The translations under genes and the position numbers were made by a program. This document shows positions 28,244-36,247 of a stretch of 56,983 bases of DNA, in pieces; positions within the stretch are counted from its first letter, which is position 1, and each line of letters opens with the position of its first letter. Source of the DNA: a virus (taxonomy: Duplodnaviria; Caudoviricetes); IMG/VR virus record IMGVR_UViG_3300008261_000022, positions 1 to 56,983 of that record, one strand, 5' to 3'. The notes under the pieces were generated by a model. The model was given only the letters and a program-made list of their open reading frames with translations. It had not been told where the DNA came from and did not search any database.

Positions 28244-28537
28244 TTATCGTGCGGTTGTTTTTACAGAAAACACGGCAGATGTATTGGTGTACTTTGCAAC
28301 TACATCTGATGCAATACCAAGATCATCAATGAGTTTTTTGTAGTCGGTTGTCTTACGATCCGACTCAATAACTAATGCACGGAAGAGGTTGCCAATAAAC
28401 TCTTTGGAACCGTTGGGGAGGGTGGCAATATCTTTGAGATTATCTTTGATGCCATTTGCCTCTTTGGTAAGGCGATCAATCTCAGCGAGCAGAAGACCTA
28501 AGCGGTCGATGTTGGTGGTAACGATGTCATTGTGCAT
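28244..28537 (-). CDS. Hypothetical early protein (N-terminal coiled coil)
   Basis: First gene after the predicted promoter; AAGGAAAG RBS. Confidence 0.75.
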   Translation of the reverse strand: MHNDIVTTNIDRLGLLLAEIDRLTKEANGIKDNLKDIATLPNGSKEFIGNLFRALVIESDRKTTDYKKLIDDLGIASDVVAKYTNTSAVFSVKTTAR

Positions 28538-28583
28538 TTTGCTTTCCTTTTCTTTCCTAACCGGTCACGCTGACCGTAGTGAT

Positions 28584-28613
28584 AATGTAAGCGATACTTA
28601 AATTATCTGTAAA
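28584..28613 (-). promoter_or_regulatory. Putative sigma70 early promoter
   Basis: TTTACA-18 nt-TACATT with A-rich upstream tract; followed by CGGTCA/TGACCG hairpin (28562-28576). Confidence 0.55.
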
Positions 28614-28639
28614 CACTTTTTTATAATAACCCCTAGGTT

Positions 28640-28936
28640 TTAGTCGGGTATTACCTTTAGCCGGTCATTTTCAAATAGCCACCCCACCGTCTTGCGGTGC
28701 GCCATTTCCCAGATGTCCACCCGATCCTCCTTGCTCATCTTGGAGCCTTGGTCTAGTTGCATATGGCACCCGTAGCACAGAGCCGCTATCCGGTAGTCGT
28801 GAGCCTTGATCCCGGTGCCCTTACCATCCCTTTGCTGATTGCTATGAGCGGCCACCACGGTTCCATCCTGCGCCCCGCAAAGCTGGCAGGGGGCATCCCG
28901 CACGACCTCTAAGAGAGGTTTATTTCGGTAGTTCAT
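28640..28936 (-). CDS. YbcO/DUF1364-like Zn-binding putative nuclease
   Basis: CQLC...VVAAHSN...GTGIKAHD..IAALCYGCH. Confidence 0.75.
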   Translation of the reverse strand: MNYRNKPLLEVVRDAPCQLCGAQDGTVVAAHSNQQRDGKGTGIKAHDYRIAALCYGCHMQLDQGSKMSKEDRVDIWEMAHRKTVGWLFENDRLKVIPD

Positions 28937-30590
28937 TGACCATCCTTATCCGCTCCCCGATCCACCGCATGACCGGGACCGCCATTGAGTTGCCCAAAGC
29001 CTTGTACCTGGGGCCATCCGGGCATAGGGCAGCCTCCTTGCCCCGCCAAGGAATCAGGGTATGGTCATCCGGAAAGCCTTGGAGCCGCTCACATTCGCGG
29101 GGGGTGAGCCGCCTCACGGCCATCGATGCCTGGTAAACCGCCCCGACTTGTTGGGTAACTTCTGAAGACTGAGGGCTACGGCTCGGATTATTGGTGGCGG
29201 TTAGCGATGGGGCGGCAACATGGCACGGCCCATCAGCCCTCAGGGTAGGGGTGTGTTCTACGGACTCTCCCATGCTGCGGGTCTTCTCTGACTGGTCCCC
29301 ATTAAAGGCTATCGCCGGCGGGTTACCGCCCCCTTGGCCCCCCAGCTTCAGCGTTGGGGAGACATCAATCTGACAGTCCGGAACGCTCATATTTGAGGAA
29401 AACGCGACCATCTGATTGTGTTTAAAGGTGGTGTTCGTAAGGGTGTGGGCAAGGTCAGAGCTCGCCTTTGGTGTTTGTTCTGAGGTGAAGGCGATGGCGT
29501 GTTTATCGCCCGCGGTCAGGGTTGGGCACGGGTCGCCTGGTTTACCTACCCCCAAACCGTTGCCGGCTCCATCCCCGTTCCGGGTGTCGCCCCCGCCTTG
29601 GTGTCGGGTAGCCTTGTCATGGATTGGGATTGTCTGCACTACCGCGTGGGTGGTTCTAGTGTCGCCCTGATCGAATAGATTGATGGTATTAGCCACCTCC
29701 CCATCCACCCAAGACTCATCATCATCTACGCTTTGAGCTCGCTTAGACTTCCTGAATGGAATCGGCTGAACCACGGCCGCAAAGTTACCTTTATCTGGCA
29801 TAAATTGGTCATGACATCGAGTTGTCAGGCTTGCCGCGCTCTCAGCGCCATCCCACCAAGTTGGCAAAAGTTGGCCACTTTGGGCGTACTGATGATCTAA
29901 CTTTCCCCCTCCGCATTGCCGGTCAAGGGTTCCGGCGGTTTGTGGGATAAACCATTCATCTTCGCAGTTGAACCCGACACGACTGACGCCAGTGCCTGAT
30001 GCAGAGAGGGTGGGAGTGACTTTCCTCGCTTCTCTGCTCGGCGGAGGATTCCCCGACAGGCTTGCGAGCTCAAAAAGAACCGCTGCGGCATCTCGCCAGT
30101 TTCCAAGACATCCGACAACGAACACACGGCGGCGTCTTTGTGCCACTCCAAAGTACTGAGCGTCAAGAACTCTGTAGGCAAACCCATACCCGAGTTCTCC
30201 CAACATTCCGAGGAAGGCACCAAAATCTTTTCCTCCGTTAGATGACAAGACCCCAGGGACATTCTCCCAAACCAGCCAACGGGGAGAGAGGTGGCGAGCA
30301 ATGGCACCAAAGGTGAGCATGAGGTTGCCACGCGGGTCATCCAATCCTTTTCTGAGTCCGGCGACAGAGAAGGACTGACAGGGGGTTCCTCCGACAAGAA
30401 GGTCAATTGTTCCAAGATTCCACTCCTTAAATTTGGACATATCCCCAAGGTTAGGGACTGTTGGGTAATGGTGCTTGAGCACCGCAGATGGGAAGGCATC
30501 AATCTCTGAGAAAGCAACCGGCTCCCAACCCATGTGGTGCCACGCCGATGTGGCCGCTTCGATGCCACTACAGACCGATAAATATTTCAT
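28920..30590 (-). CDS. DNA (cytosine-5) methyltransferase
   Basis: Motif I SVCSGIE, IV GGTPCQSFS, VI WENVPG, VIII QRRRRVF, IX RRLTPRECERLQGFPD, X YKALGNS. Confidence 0.95.
   Translation of the reverse strand: MKYLSVCSGIEAATSAWHHMGWEPVAFSEIDAFPSAVLKHHYPTVPNLGDMSKFKEWNLGTIDLLVGGTPCQSFSVAGLRKGLDDPRGNLMLTFGAIARHLSPRWLVWENVPGVLSSNGGKDFGAFLGMLGELGYGFAYRVLDAQYFGVAQRRRRVFVVGCLGNWRDAAAVLFELASLSGNPPPSREARKVTPTLSASGTGVSRVGFNCEDEWFIPQTAGTLDRQCGGGKLDHQYAQSGQLLPTWWDGAESAASLTTRCHDQFMPDKGNFAAVVQPIPFRKSKRAQSVDDDESWVDGEVANTINLFDQGDTRTTHAVVQTIPIHDKATRHQGGGDTRNGDGAGNGLGVGKPGDPCPTLTAGDKHAIAFTSEQTPKASSDLAHTLTNTTFKHNQMVAFSSNMSVPDCQIDVSPTLKLGGQGGGNPPAIAFNGDQSEKTRSMGESVEHTPTLRADGPCHVAAPSLTATNNPSRSPQSSEVTQQVGAVYQASMAVRRLTPRECERLQGFPDDHTLIPWRGKEAALCPDGPRYKALGNSMAVPVMRWIGERIRMVNELPK
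29897..30340 (-). CDS. Alternative-frame ORF nested in the methyltransferase gene (putative beta subunit)
   Basis: CSLSDVLETGEMPQRFFLSSQACRGILRRAEKRGKSLP resembles a C5-MTase small-domain segment; start codon uncertain (frame open up to 30568). Confidence 0.6.
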   Translation of the reverse strand: MTRVATSCSPLVPLLATSLPVGWFGRMSLGSCHLTEEKILVPSSECWENSGMGLPTEFLTLSTLEWHKDAAVCSLSDVLETGEMPQRFFLSSQACRGILRRAEKRGKSLPPSLHQALASVVSGSTAKMNGLSHKPPEPLTGNAEGES

Positions 30591-30817
30591 TTGTTGTCCA
30601 AAAGAGTGGCATGAAGATCTCGAAGGGCGGATTGCATCTCATGGCCAAATGCAGTCATGGGTGGTTTCCACAAACTTTCATTGTTTCTTTGTTTTTGAGC
30701 CAATGACTGCCACTCAATTATTTGTTTTCTTTTTGTATCCAACAATGCCTCTAGTTCCTTAATTCGACTATTCGCTGAAGCAAGTTGCATATCCATTTCG
30801 TGGTAATCAAGATCCAT
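30587..30817 (-). CDS. Hypothetical coiled-coil protein
   Basis: GGAG RBS before MDLDYHEM; ATGA coupling to MTase. Confidence 0.6.
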   Translation of the reverse strand: MDLDYHEMDMQLASANSRIKELEALLDTKRKQIIEWQSLAQKQRNNESLWKPPMTAFGHEMQSALRDLHATLLDNK

Positions 30818-30836
30818 GATGCTTCTCCAATTGTTT

Positions 30837-31169
30837 TTATACTCCGCCCCTACTTTTGTTTCTATTCGCACAGGGCCATACTTGCTTGAGCGCATCGGTA
30901 ATTAACATATCTGCGCTTTTATGGCGTATGCCAGGGTTGGCTTCAATATAACTTCTGGCAACATCCCTCACTTGCCCATTGGTTACACCGGCTGGCGGGC
31001 AACTAAAGACGTGTTGTTGGGCATCGCTGACCCCGGCCACATAGCCCAATGCAAACATCCTTTGGACTACTTCCTCGCTATTCATTCTTGATAACAAATC
31101 GTTACCGGTTAAAAATTCGGCGCTTGCCATACTTGGTAACAACAAGATTGCAATTAATGTTTTTTTCAT
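30837..31169 (-). CDS. Secreted Rap1a/Tai4-like immunity-family protein
   Basis: Signal peptide MKKTLIAILLLPSMASA; TGNDLL...GYVAGVSD...CPP..VTNGQV...YIEANP..RH.SA..LI..AL...WPC. Confidence 0.75.
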   Translation of the reverse strand: MKKTLIAILLLPSMASAEFLTGNDLLSRMNSEEVVQRMFALGYVAGVSDAQQHVFSCPPAGVTNGQVRDVARSYIEANPGIRHKSADMLITDALKQVWPCANRNKSRGGV

Positions 31170-31179
31170 CTACATCTCC

Positions 31180-31410
31180 TTAAAAAAGTTTTGGTTGTTC
31201 CCAATACAACTCAGGCTTTTCTTCTTTCGGTGGCCTTATTTTTCTAATCTTTTCAATCATGACGTGCATTCTTTTTGGAAATGGCCACTTATCGTTAGCC
31301 GGGATATGAAGCAAGAACCGCTCTCCTTCATCGAAGACCTCTGTCACGCGACCTTTTTCGTTGGTTTCGCAGACCAAAACCCAGTCGCCCTCTTCGATCT
31401 CAGGTGTCAT
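31180..31410 (-). CDS. SH3/KOW-like hypothetical protein
   Basis: IEEGDWVLV...KGRVTEV. Confidence 0.65.
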   Translation of the reverse strand: MTPEIEEGDWVLVCETNEKGRVTEVFDEGERFLLHIPANDKWPFPKRMHVMIEKIRKIRPPKEEKPELYWEQPKLF

Positions 31411-31751
31411 AGAGTGACTCTTCCCTCAGTCCTTAGGTTGGCTTGCTCGCTTCTCCAAATCTCAACGCGGGCTTGGGCAGCGATTAGGTTCCACCGAAGT
31501 TTTTCTTCAATTTCTACGGCCTCGCGTAGCCCCTGTAGCAATTCTTTATACTCATCGTGGGCATAAGCCTCACGCTCTTGCGCCCCAAGGCTTTCCTCAA
31601 GGCTTCTCTTCATCAGGATCGACTTGAGGCTCTTGCGGTACTCCTCAATATAAATTCGTTCAGCTTTCGCCTTAGCAAACTTTTTGGCATTTGCAATGAT
31701 GTAATCGACCGCTCGATGCGGGTCTCTGTTTTGATTATCTTCTTGGCTCAT
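31407..31751 (-). CDS. Helical hypothetical protein
   Basis: AAGGAG RBS before MSQED; helical pattern. Confidence 0.7.
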   Translation of the reverse strand: MSQEDNQNRDPHRAVDYIIANAKKFAKAKAERIYIEEYRKSLKSILMKRSLEESLGAQEREAYAHDEYKELLQGLREAVEIEEKLRWNLIAAQARVEIWRSEQANLRTEGRVTL

Positions 31752-31951
31752 TCTCCATACTCCTTTACAGTTAAAGTTACCCTTGCAACGGATGCTTTTG
31801 GGTTCCAAAACTCATTGCCCGCCAACCAGCTCTCTGCTTGCTTCCTTGTGCGGAACACTATCGTTCTGTCGGCCTCCCAATACTCGCGGTTTTGGTTTTG
31901 AACGAAGCCACCGTTTTTCATTTTTATTGCCCAACCATGTAATCGCTTCAT
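31748..31951 (-). CDS. Hypothetical protein
   Basis: ATGA coupling on both sides. Confidence 0.65.
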   Translation of the reverse strand: MKRLHGWAIKMKNGGFVQNQNREYWEADRTIVFRTRKQAESWLAGNEFWNPKASVARVTLTVKEYGE

Positions 31952-32295
31952 TCAAGTTCCTCAATTTTTATTTTCAACATCCCGCCAATGTCTGATGCCC
32001 AATAAATTCTTAAATCCACAATAAGGGAATCATCGATGTATAACCCCGCATGGCCCATCGAATCTAAGACCGCCTTTAAAAGATTGTCTAAGTCCCGCCT
32101 CCGGTTATCCGGCCGCCAAGCCTCAATCGTGACCTTCAACTTACCGACCGTAGACTTTCCGCGGGTCTGCAAGAAAACCTGTTCAGCAACCGCCACTCGA
32201 TATCTGCGGCCTGGCTCGCTGATGATCATTCGATTTTTAAACATCCGCCAATAAGTATTGACTGATGGCGGCCAAGGAAGCGTGATTTCAATCAT
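31948..32295 (-). CDS. rusA: RusA Holliday junction resolvase
   Basis: LPWPPSVNTYWR...RRRDLDNLLKAVLDSM...DDSLI. Confidence 0.92.
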   Translation of the reverse strand: MIEITLPWPPSVNTYWRMFKNRMIISEPGRRYRVAVAEQVFLQTRGKSTVGKLKVTIEAWRPDNRRRDLDNLLKAVLDSMGHAGLYIDDSLIVDLRIYWASDIGGMLKIKIEELE

Positions 32296-32298
32296 GAG

Positions 32299-33249
32299 TT
32301 AAAACCTTGGTTGGTTATCGAAAGATATAGGTGCGCCATCCCATTGGTCTACGAACTGTTGGGAATCTTTATGGAACCAAAGCGAGTACCAATCCTCTGA
32401 TTCGCCGTTCCTCTGCTTCTCGCACATCAGCATGGCATCGTTGGTTTGTGGGTCTACAGAGTTCCCGGCAGACAACTGATGCTCTTTTTTCTTGTTTCTC
32501 CAAACCATGAACACATTGTCAACTTGGTCTGCAATGGCTCCGGTGCCCTTGATGTCGTGTTTATTCGGGGTTGCCTCCTCGTTGCTGAGCTTGCGGATGT
32601 GATGGATCAGGTGAATGTGGATGTTTTGATCCCGCGCAAGCGAGCAGAGCTCATCGATGAAGGACTTTTGACCGTTGTAGTCATCCTCACCCTGAACGCA
32701 CTTCATTAAGGAGTCGATAAAGAAGTGGGTTACCCCAAGTTTGATGGCGCAATATCTGGCCACCGCTACCACTTGGTCGGCTGAAACCGTGCCTTGCTGA
32801 TCGTAGAACCATAAACATTTGTTACTGAATGTCCGTAATCTAGTAACAATTTCTTCGATGTACTTGTTTTTATCCATGTATCGAGGTTTATGAATGTTCT
32901 CCCCCGAAAACTGCCGAAGCATCCTCTCCAATGACCGTTTGGGCTTCATCTCAAATGATGCAATGCACACTTTTTGGTGCTGCCTGATCAAATGCAAGGC
33001 AATTTGGCCGGTAATCAGGGACTTTCCACCTCCGTTTGACCCCGCGTACAAGGTCACCTCCCCCGGCCTGAAGGAGAAGTCTTGGTGGGTTTTCGCCCAT
33101 GGCAATTGGATGATCGGGTCTTTGTTGGGGTTCAGAACCTCATCCATCAGTTCCGTGAGGTACACCCCGGCTTCCTTAACCTTCTGCGCTGAGTCCGTGG
33201 CCTTCAGGTAGGCAGAAAAGTCAATGTCATCCGGATCAAGAAATTGCAT
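32299..33249 (-). CDS. SF4 (DnaB/T7 gp4/Twinkle-like) replicative helicase
   Basis: GEVTLYAGSNGGGKS, ASFEM, FFIDSL, HLIHHIRK, DIKGTGAIADQVDN, KQRNG. Confidence 0.9.
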   Translation of the reverse strand: MQFLDPDDIDFSAYLKATDSAQKVKEAGVYLTELMDEVLNPNKDPIIQLPWAKTHQDFSFRPGEVTLYAGSNGGGKSLITGQIALHLIRQHQKVCIASFEMKPKRSLERMLRQFSGENIHKPRYMDKNKYIEEIVTRLRTFSNKCLWFYDQQGTVSADQVVAVARYCAIKLGVTHFFIDSLMKCVQGEDDYNGQKSFIDELCSLARDQNIHIHLIHHIRKLSNEEATPNKHDIKGTGAIADQVDNVFMVWRNKKKEHQLSAGNSVDPQTNDAMLMCEKQRNGESEDWYSLWFHKDSQQFVDQWDGAPISFDNQPRF

Positions 33250-33577
33250 ATTCCTCCCCTTTATCGAAAATCAATTCGCCGTTATGCAAGGTAAAAACCT
33301 CCTTGGCACCGGCTTTCAAAGCGGCAAGATGTGCCGCAAACACCCTCTCCGTGGTGTCATCGCCATCGATGTGGACTTGCAATCCAACCAAAAAACGGAG
33401 GTCAAGGGAGTCGATTCTGTCCTTCGGCTCAATGCAGACTTCGGGGTGCGCCCACAAATCGCTATAATTGACCCACCTTGCCGCCCATGGGGATCGGTTG
33501 ATACCTACCCATACCCAGACCGCTTTCGGCCTCTTACGCGCCGTTCTCATGCGAATTAGCCCATCTTCGCCGATCAC
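33236..33577 (-). CDS. Hypothetical protein between initiator and helicase
   Basis: GTGA overlap with initiator stop; LDLRFLVGLQVHI. Confidence 0.65.
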   Translation of the reverse strand: MIGEDGLIRMRTARKRPKAVWVWVGINRSPWAARWVNYSDLWAHPEVCIEPKDRIDSLDLRFLVGLQVHIDGDDTTERVFAAHLAALKAGAKEVFTLHNGELIFDKGEEYAIS

Positions 33578-34224
33578 TTTGCCCTCCGGGTGAAAGTTTC
33601 GGTGGTTCCATCTTCCCAACGCCTTTGGTTGATGTAGGTCAACGGTGCCGGTTCAAACCCATCCCGCCATTGGTCGGAAGCCTTCAGGTTTTGGACATTG
33701 GAGATGATCTGATCGGCAAGGGAATCCAAGCCATGCTTTTTCCATTTCGCCTCACAAGCGGACTTGCCTACCTTGCGCTTGCTTGATGGCCATGTCTGCC
33801 AAAACTCATCGAAGCGGGTCGGCTTTGCCGACATAGTGTTTTTATTCTTTATTCTGATATCTGATATCTGATTTATGTCGCTTTTTGGTTCCAATTTGGT
33901 TTCCAATTTGGTTTTCTTCGGCCTACCGCCTTTCTGTGCGGACTGCTTCAAAACCTTAACTTGGTGCTGATATTTAGCAATTTCACGATCACAACGGGTA
34001 TGTCGATACCCATCTTCAGTCCTCTCAAAGAACTCATTGAGTACTGTTTCAACTATCTCAAGGTCAAGCCGCACCTTGCGGGAAACCAAATTGGTTTCAA
34101 GAGGGATTGGTTTTTCAGTCAAATAGTACATATCGATCAAACGCCGATAGGCAAGATCCTCCGCATCATCTAAATGATGGGTGTCCGTGATGTAATCAGA
34201 TAGGTAAAACTTGTACCAAATCAT
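33574..34224 (-). CDS. Replication initiator, DUF1376/YdaU family
   Basis: WYKFYLSDYITDTHHL...LAYRRLIDMYY..E.PIP; C-terminal FDEFWQTWP...YINQRRWED. Confidence 0.85.
   Translation of the reverse strand: MIWYKFYLSDYITDTHHLDDAEDLAYRRLIDMYYLTEKPIPLETNLVSRKVRLDLEIVETVLNEFFERTEDGYRHTRCDREIAKYQHQVKVLKQSAQKGGRPKKTKLETKLEPKSDINQISDIRIKNKNTMSAKPTRFDEFWQTWPSSKRKVGKSACEAKWKKHGLDSLADQIISNVQNLKASDQWRDGFEPAPLTYINQRRWEDGTTETFTRRAK
33838..33915. repeat. Putative replication origin within initiator gene
   Basis: AT-rich tract, 3x TCTGAT(A/T) and 2x TTCCAATTTGGT in the interdomain linker, as in lambdoid O-type genes. Confidence 0.55.
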
Positions 34225-34442
34225 GCGACCTCCCCGAATAAATCGGGGCGCAAATCCTTCCGGGTTACCGCCCCAACCGTGAGTCTTTCGATCTCCACGG
34301 CTAGTTCGGGGGAGCAGACCTGTCGGCCTTGGATTAATTGGCTCATCCAGGTTCGGCTGATGCCCAGCTCCTTGGATAAAGCATCTTTTGCCCCCCGTTT
34401 TTTGTCCTTAAAGTAGTCCTGCAAGGTCATTTCGCCCTCCAT
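34221..34442 (-). CDS. Cro/YdaS-like HTH regulator
   Basis: LSKELGISRTWMSQLIQG..CSPELAVEIERLT.GAVTRKDLRPD. Confidence 0.85.
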   Translation of the reverse strand: MEGEMTLQDYFKDKKRGAKDALSKELGISRTWMSQLIQGRQVCSPELAVEIERLTVGAVTRKDLRPDLFGEVA

Positions 34443-34455
34443 GTAATTTAATTGG

Positions 34456-34517
34456 ATAATACATTAACCAAAAAAAAATACAAACTTGTTGTATGTTGGA
34501 CTTAAATTTGGTAAATT
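34456..34517. promoter_or_regulatory. Back-to-back divergent sigma70 promoters
   Basis: Plus: TTGTAT(34489)-17-TAAATT with TGn; minus: TTGTAT(34478-83)-16-TATTAT; AT-rich gap where gene orientation diverges. Confidence 0.6.
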
Positions 34518-34552
34518 TGGGATGTAGTACAACTTCGGAAAGGTAGGTTTAT

Positions 34553-34714
34553 ATGGATATGGAATGGGTTCAACAGTTGATGGTAGAGCGTATGCAGCGG
34601 TGCGAGGAAGCCCTGGCGAGAGCCAAGGATGGCCAAGCAACCGATGAAGATTGGGAAATTATCAGGTACGAATGTGGACTAAAAAAGGAGAAAAATTATG
34701 GGACTAGTGGCTAA
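34553..34714 (+). CDS. Small hypothetical protein (53 aa, not in ORF track)
   Basis: MDMEWVQQLMVERMQRCEEALARAKDG...; AGGTAGG RBS. Confidence 0.6.
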   Translation: MDMEWVQQLMVERMQRCEEALARAKDGQATDEDWEIIRYECGLKKEKNYGTSG

Positions 34715-35339
34715 AGATTCCGGTGATTTTGTTGCCGTGCCGGCGGGAATGCACCTTGCGAGGTGCTATCGGATTATCGACCAAGGGACTCAGAAGTCAG
34801 AGTACATGGGCAAGGAGAAGTACCTACCCAAGGTCATGATTCAGTTTGAGATCCATAGCGAGGATGACAAGGGTACCCCCCTCCTGACTCAGGATGGCCG
34901 CCCGTTGTCGATTGCCAAGAGTTTTACCCTCACCTTGGCAGAGAAATCTACGCTCCGTAAGGATCTTCAGATGTGGCGTGGGCGTGACTTTACCGCTGAG
35001 GAGTTGCGGGGCTTTGAACTCAAAAATGTCTTGGGTGCGTGGGCGATGCTGAATGTCACCCATACGGAGTCCAACGGTAAGACCTATACCAACATTGCGG
35101 GGGTCAATCCGGTTCCCGCCAACATGAAAAAGGCGGGTCTTCCCAACGGGGTTAACGAACTCAAAATCTTTGACATTGAGAATCCTGACATGGAACTTTT
35201 TGATTCCTTTTCAGAAAACCTCAAAAAGAAGATTGAGTCCTCTCCGGAGTGGCAAGAGTCTCGCGGGTCTGCTTCCCAAAGGTCTTCGGCACCAAAGTCA
35301 GAGGGAATCGAAGGTCTTGATGATGACATTCCTTTTTGA
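34698..35339 (+). CDS. Single-stranded DNA-binding-like protein
   Basis: PAGMHLARCYRIIDQGTQ OB-fold-like N-terminus; acidic DDDIPF tail. Confidence 0.75.
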   Translation: MGLVAKDSGDFVAVPAGMHLARCYRIIDQGTQKSEYMGKEKYLPKVMIQFEIHSEDDKGTPLLTQDGRPLSIAKSFTLTLAEKSTLRKDLQMWRGRDFTAEELRGFELKNVLGAWAMLNVTHTESNGKTYTNIAGVNPVPANMKKAGLPNGVNELKIFDIENPDMELFDSFSENLKKKIESSPEWQESRGSASQRSSAPKSEGIEGLDDDIPF

Positions 35340-35347
35340 GGTCAATC

Positions 35348-35548
35348 ATGAGCCAATCGCAAGACATCCTTGAGCACATGAAGAGTTCACCAATCACCCC
35401 AATTGAGGCACTAAATAAGTTTGGGTGCCTTCGATTGGCGGCAAGAATTAAAGATCTAAAAGATTTGGGACATCAAATTGTGACTCTCACCGCAGAAAAG
35501 AATGGCAAGAAATTTGCCCGATATGTTTTGATAAAGGAAAGAAAATGA
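35348..35548 (+). CDS. Winged helix-turn-helix protein
   Basis: ILEHMK..PITPIEAL..FGCLRLAARIKDLKDLGHQI. Confidence 0.8.
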   Translation: MSQSQDILEHMKSSPITPIEALNKFGCLRLAARIKDLKDLGHQIVTLTAEKNGKKFARYVLIKERK

Positions 35549-35844
35549 ATCAATTTAATTATGGAAAGACGAGGAGACCTATGTTGATTGCGTTAGCCGT
35601 TTGTATGGCCGGATGGATTCAGGGTTGTTCGACAACGGACAAGAAAGCTCTTGAAAACACTAGCGGTAACCAAATGTTGGTTCTTGACCAAACGGTTCAG
35701 CCGATGGATCGGGTAGAGGTTATCAACGCAATCAAGGACTGTCAGGTTACCGGCCTTCGGGCGGTCATGATCTATAGCAAGAAAAAAATCAACAATCAAT
35801 CCACGCCAATCGTGGTCGATGTTACTTGTGCTCCCCTATATTAA
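35545..35844 (+). CDS. Putative lipoprotein
   Basis: Basic n-region, hydrophobic stretch, IQGC lipobox-like. Confidence 0.6.
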   Translation: MNQFNYGKTRRPMLIALAVCMAGWIQGCSTTDKKALENTSGNQMLVLDQTVQPMDRVEVINAIKDCQVTGLRAVMIYSKKKINNQSTPIVVDVTCAPLY

Positions 35845-35853
35845 GGAAACGAT

Positions 35854-36111
35854 ATGACTGAAGAAACCAAAAACACATCAATACCCGTTGGCGACATTCG
35901 GGTTCAGATGGGCGAAGAGGCAATTGTGTTCAATCCAACAGATGACATAACCGGAAAGGAAGTTTCATTAATCTTGCAAATGTTCCTAAACGGCCTTGGT
36001 TATCGCGGGGATGGCTTGATTGACTTTGGATCTTTTATCGTAAAACACAACCTACAACGACATTTTGCGAGGATTGAAAATGAACGAAAAAAAGAGCAAG
36101 AGGGTTCGTAA
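35854..36111 (+). CDS. Hypothetical protein
   Basis: AAGGA RBS. Confidence 0.65.
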   Translation: MTEETKNTSIPVGDIRVQMGEEAIVFNPTDDITGKEVSLILQMFLNGLGYRGDGLIDFGSFIVKHNLQRHFARIENERKKEQEGS

Positions 36112-36247
36112 GGCGGTGGGGTTCCATCCCACTCAGCCACGCGAATATCAGCCAATGGCCAAGAACAATAAAACCGTGGTGTCTAGGGGTCTGCGCCGCG
36201 CCTACCGGTTGGCCAAGCGAGCGGTTCATCAGGCGGGGTTGGCATGA
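36080..36247 (+). CDS. Small basic hypothetical protein
   Basis: GAGG RBS; ATGA coupling to exonuclease. Confidence 0.55.
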   Translation: MNEKKSKRVRKAVGFHPTQPREYQPMAKNNKTVVSRGLRRAYRLAKRAVHQAGLA

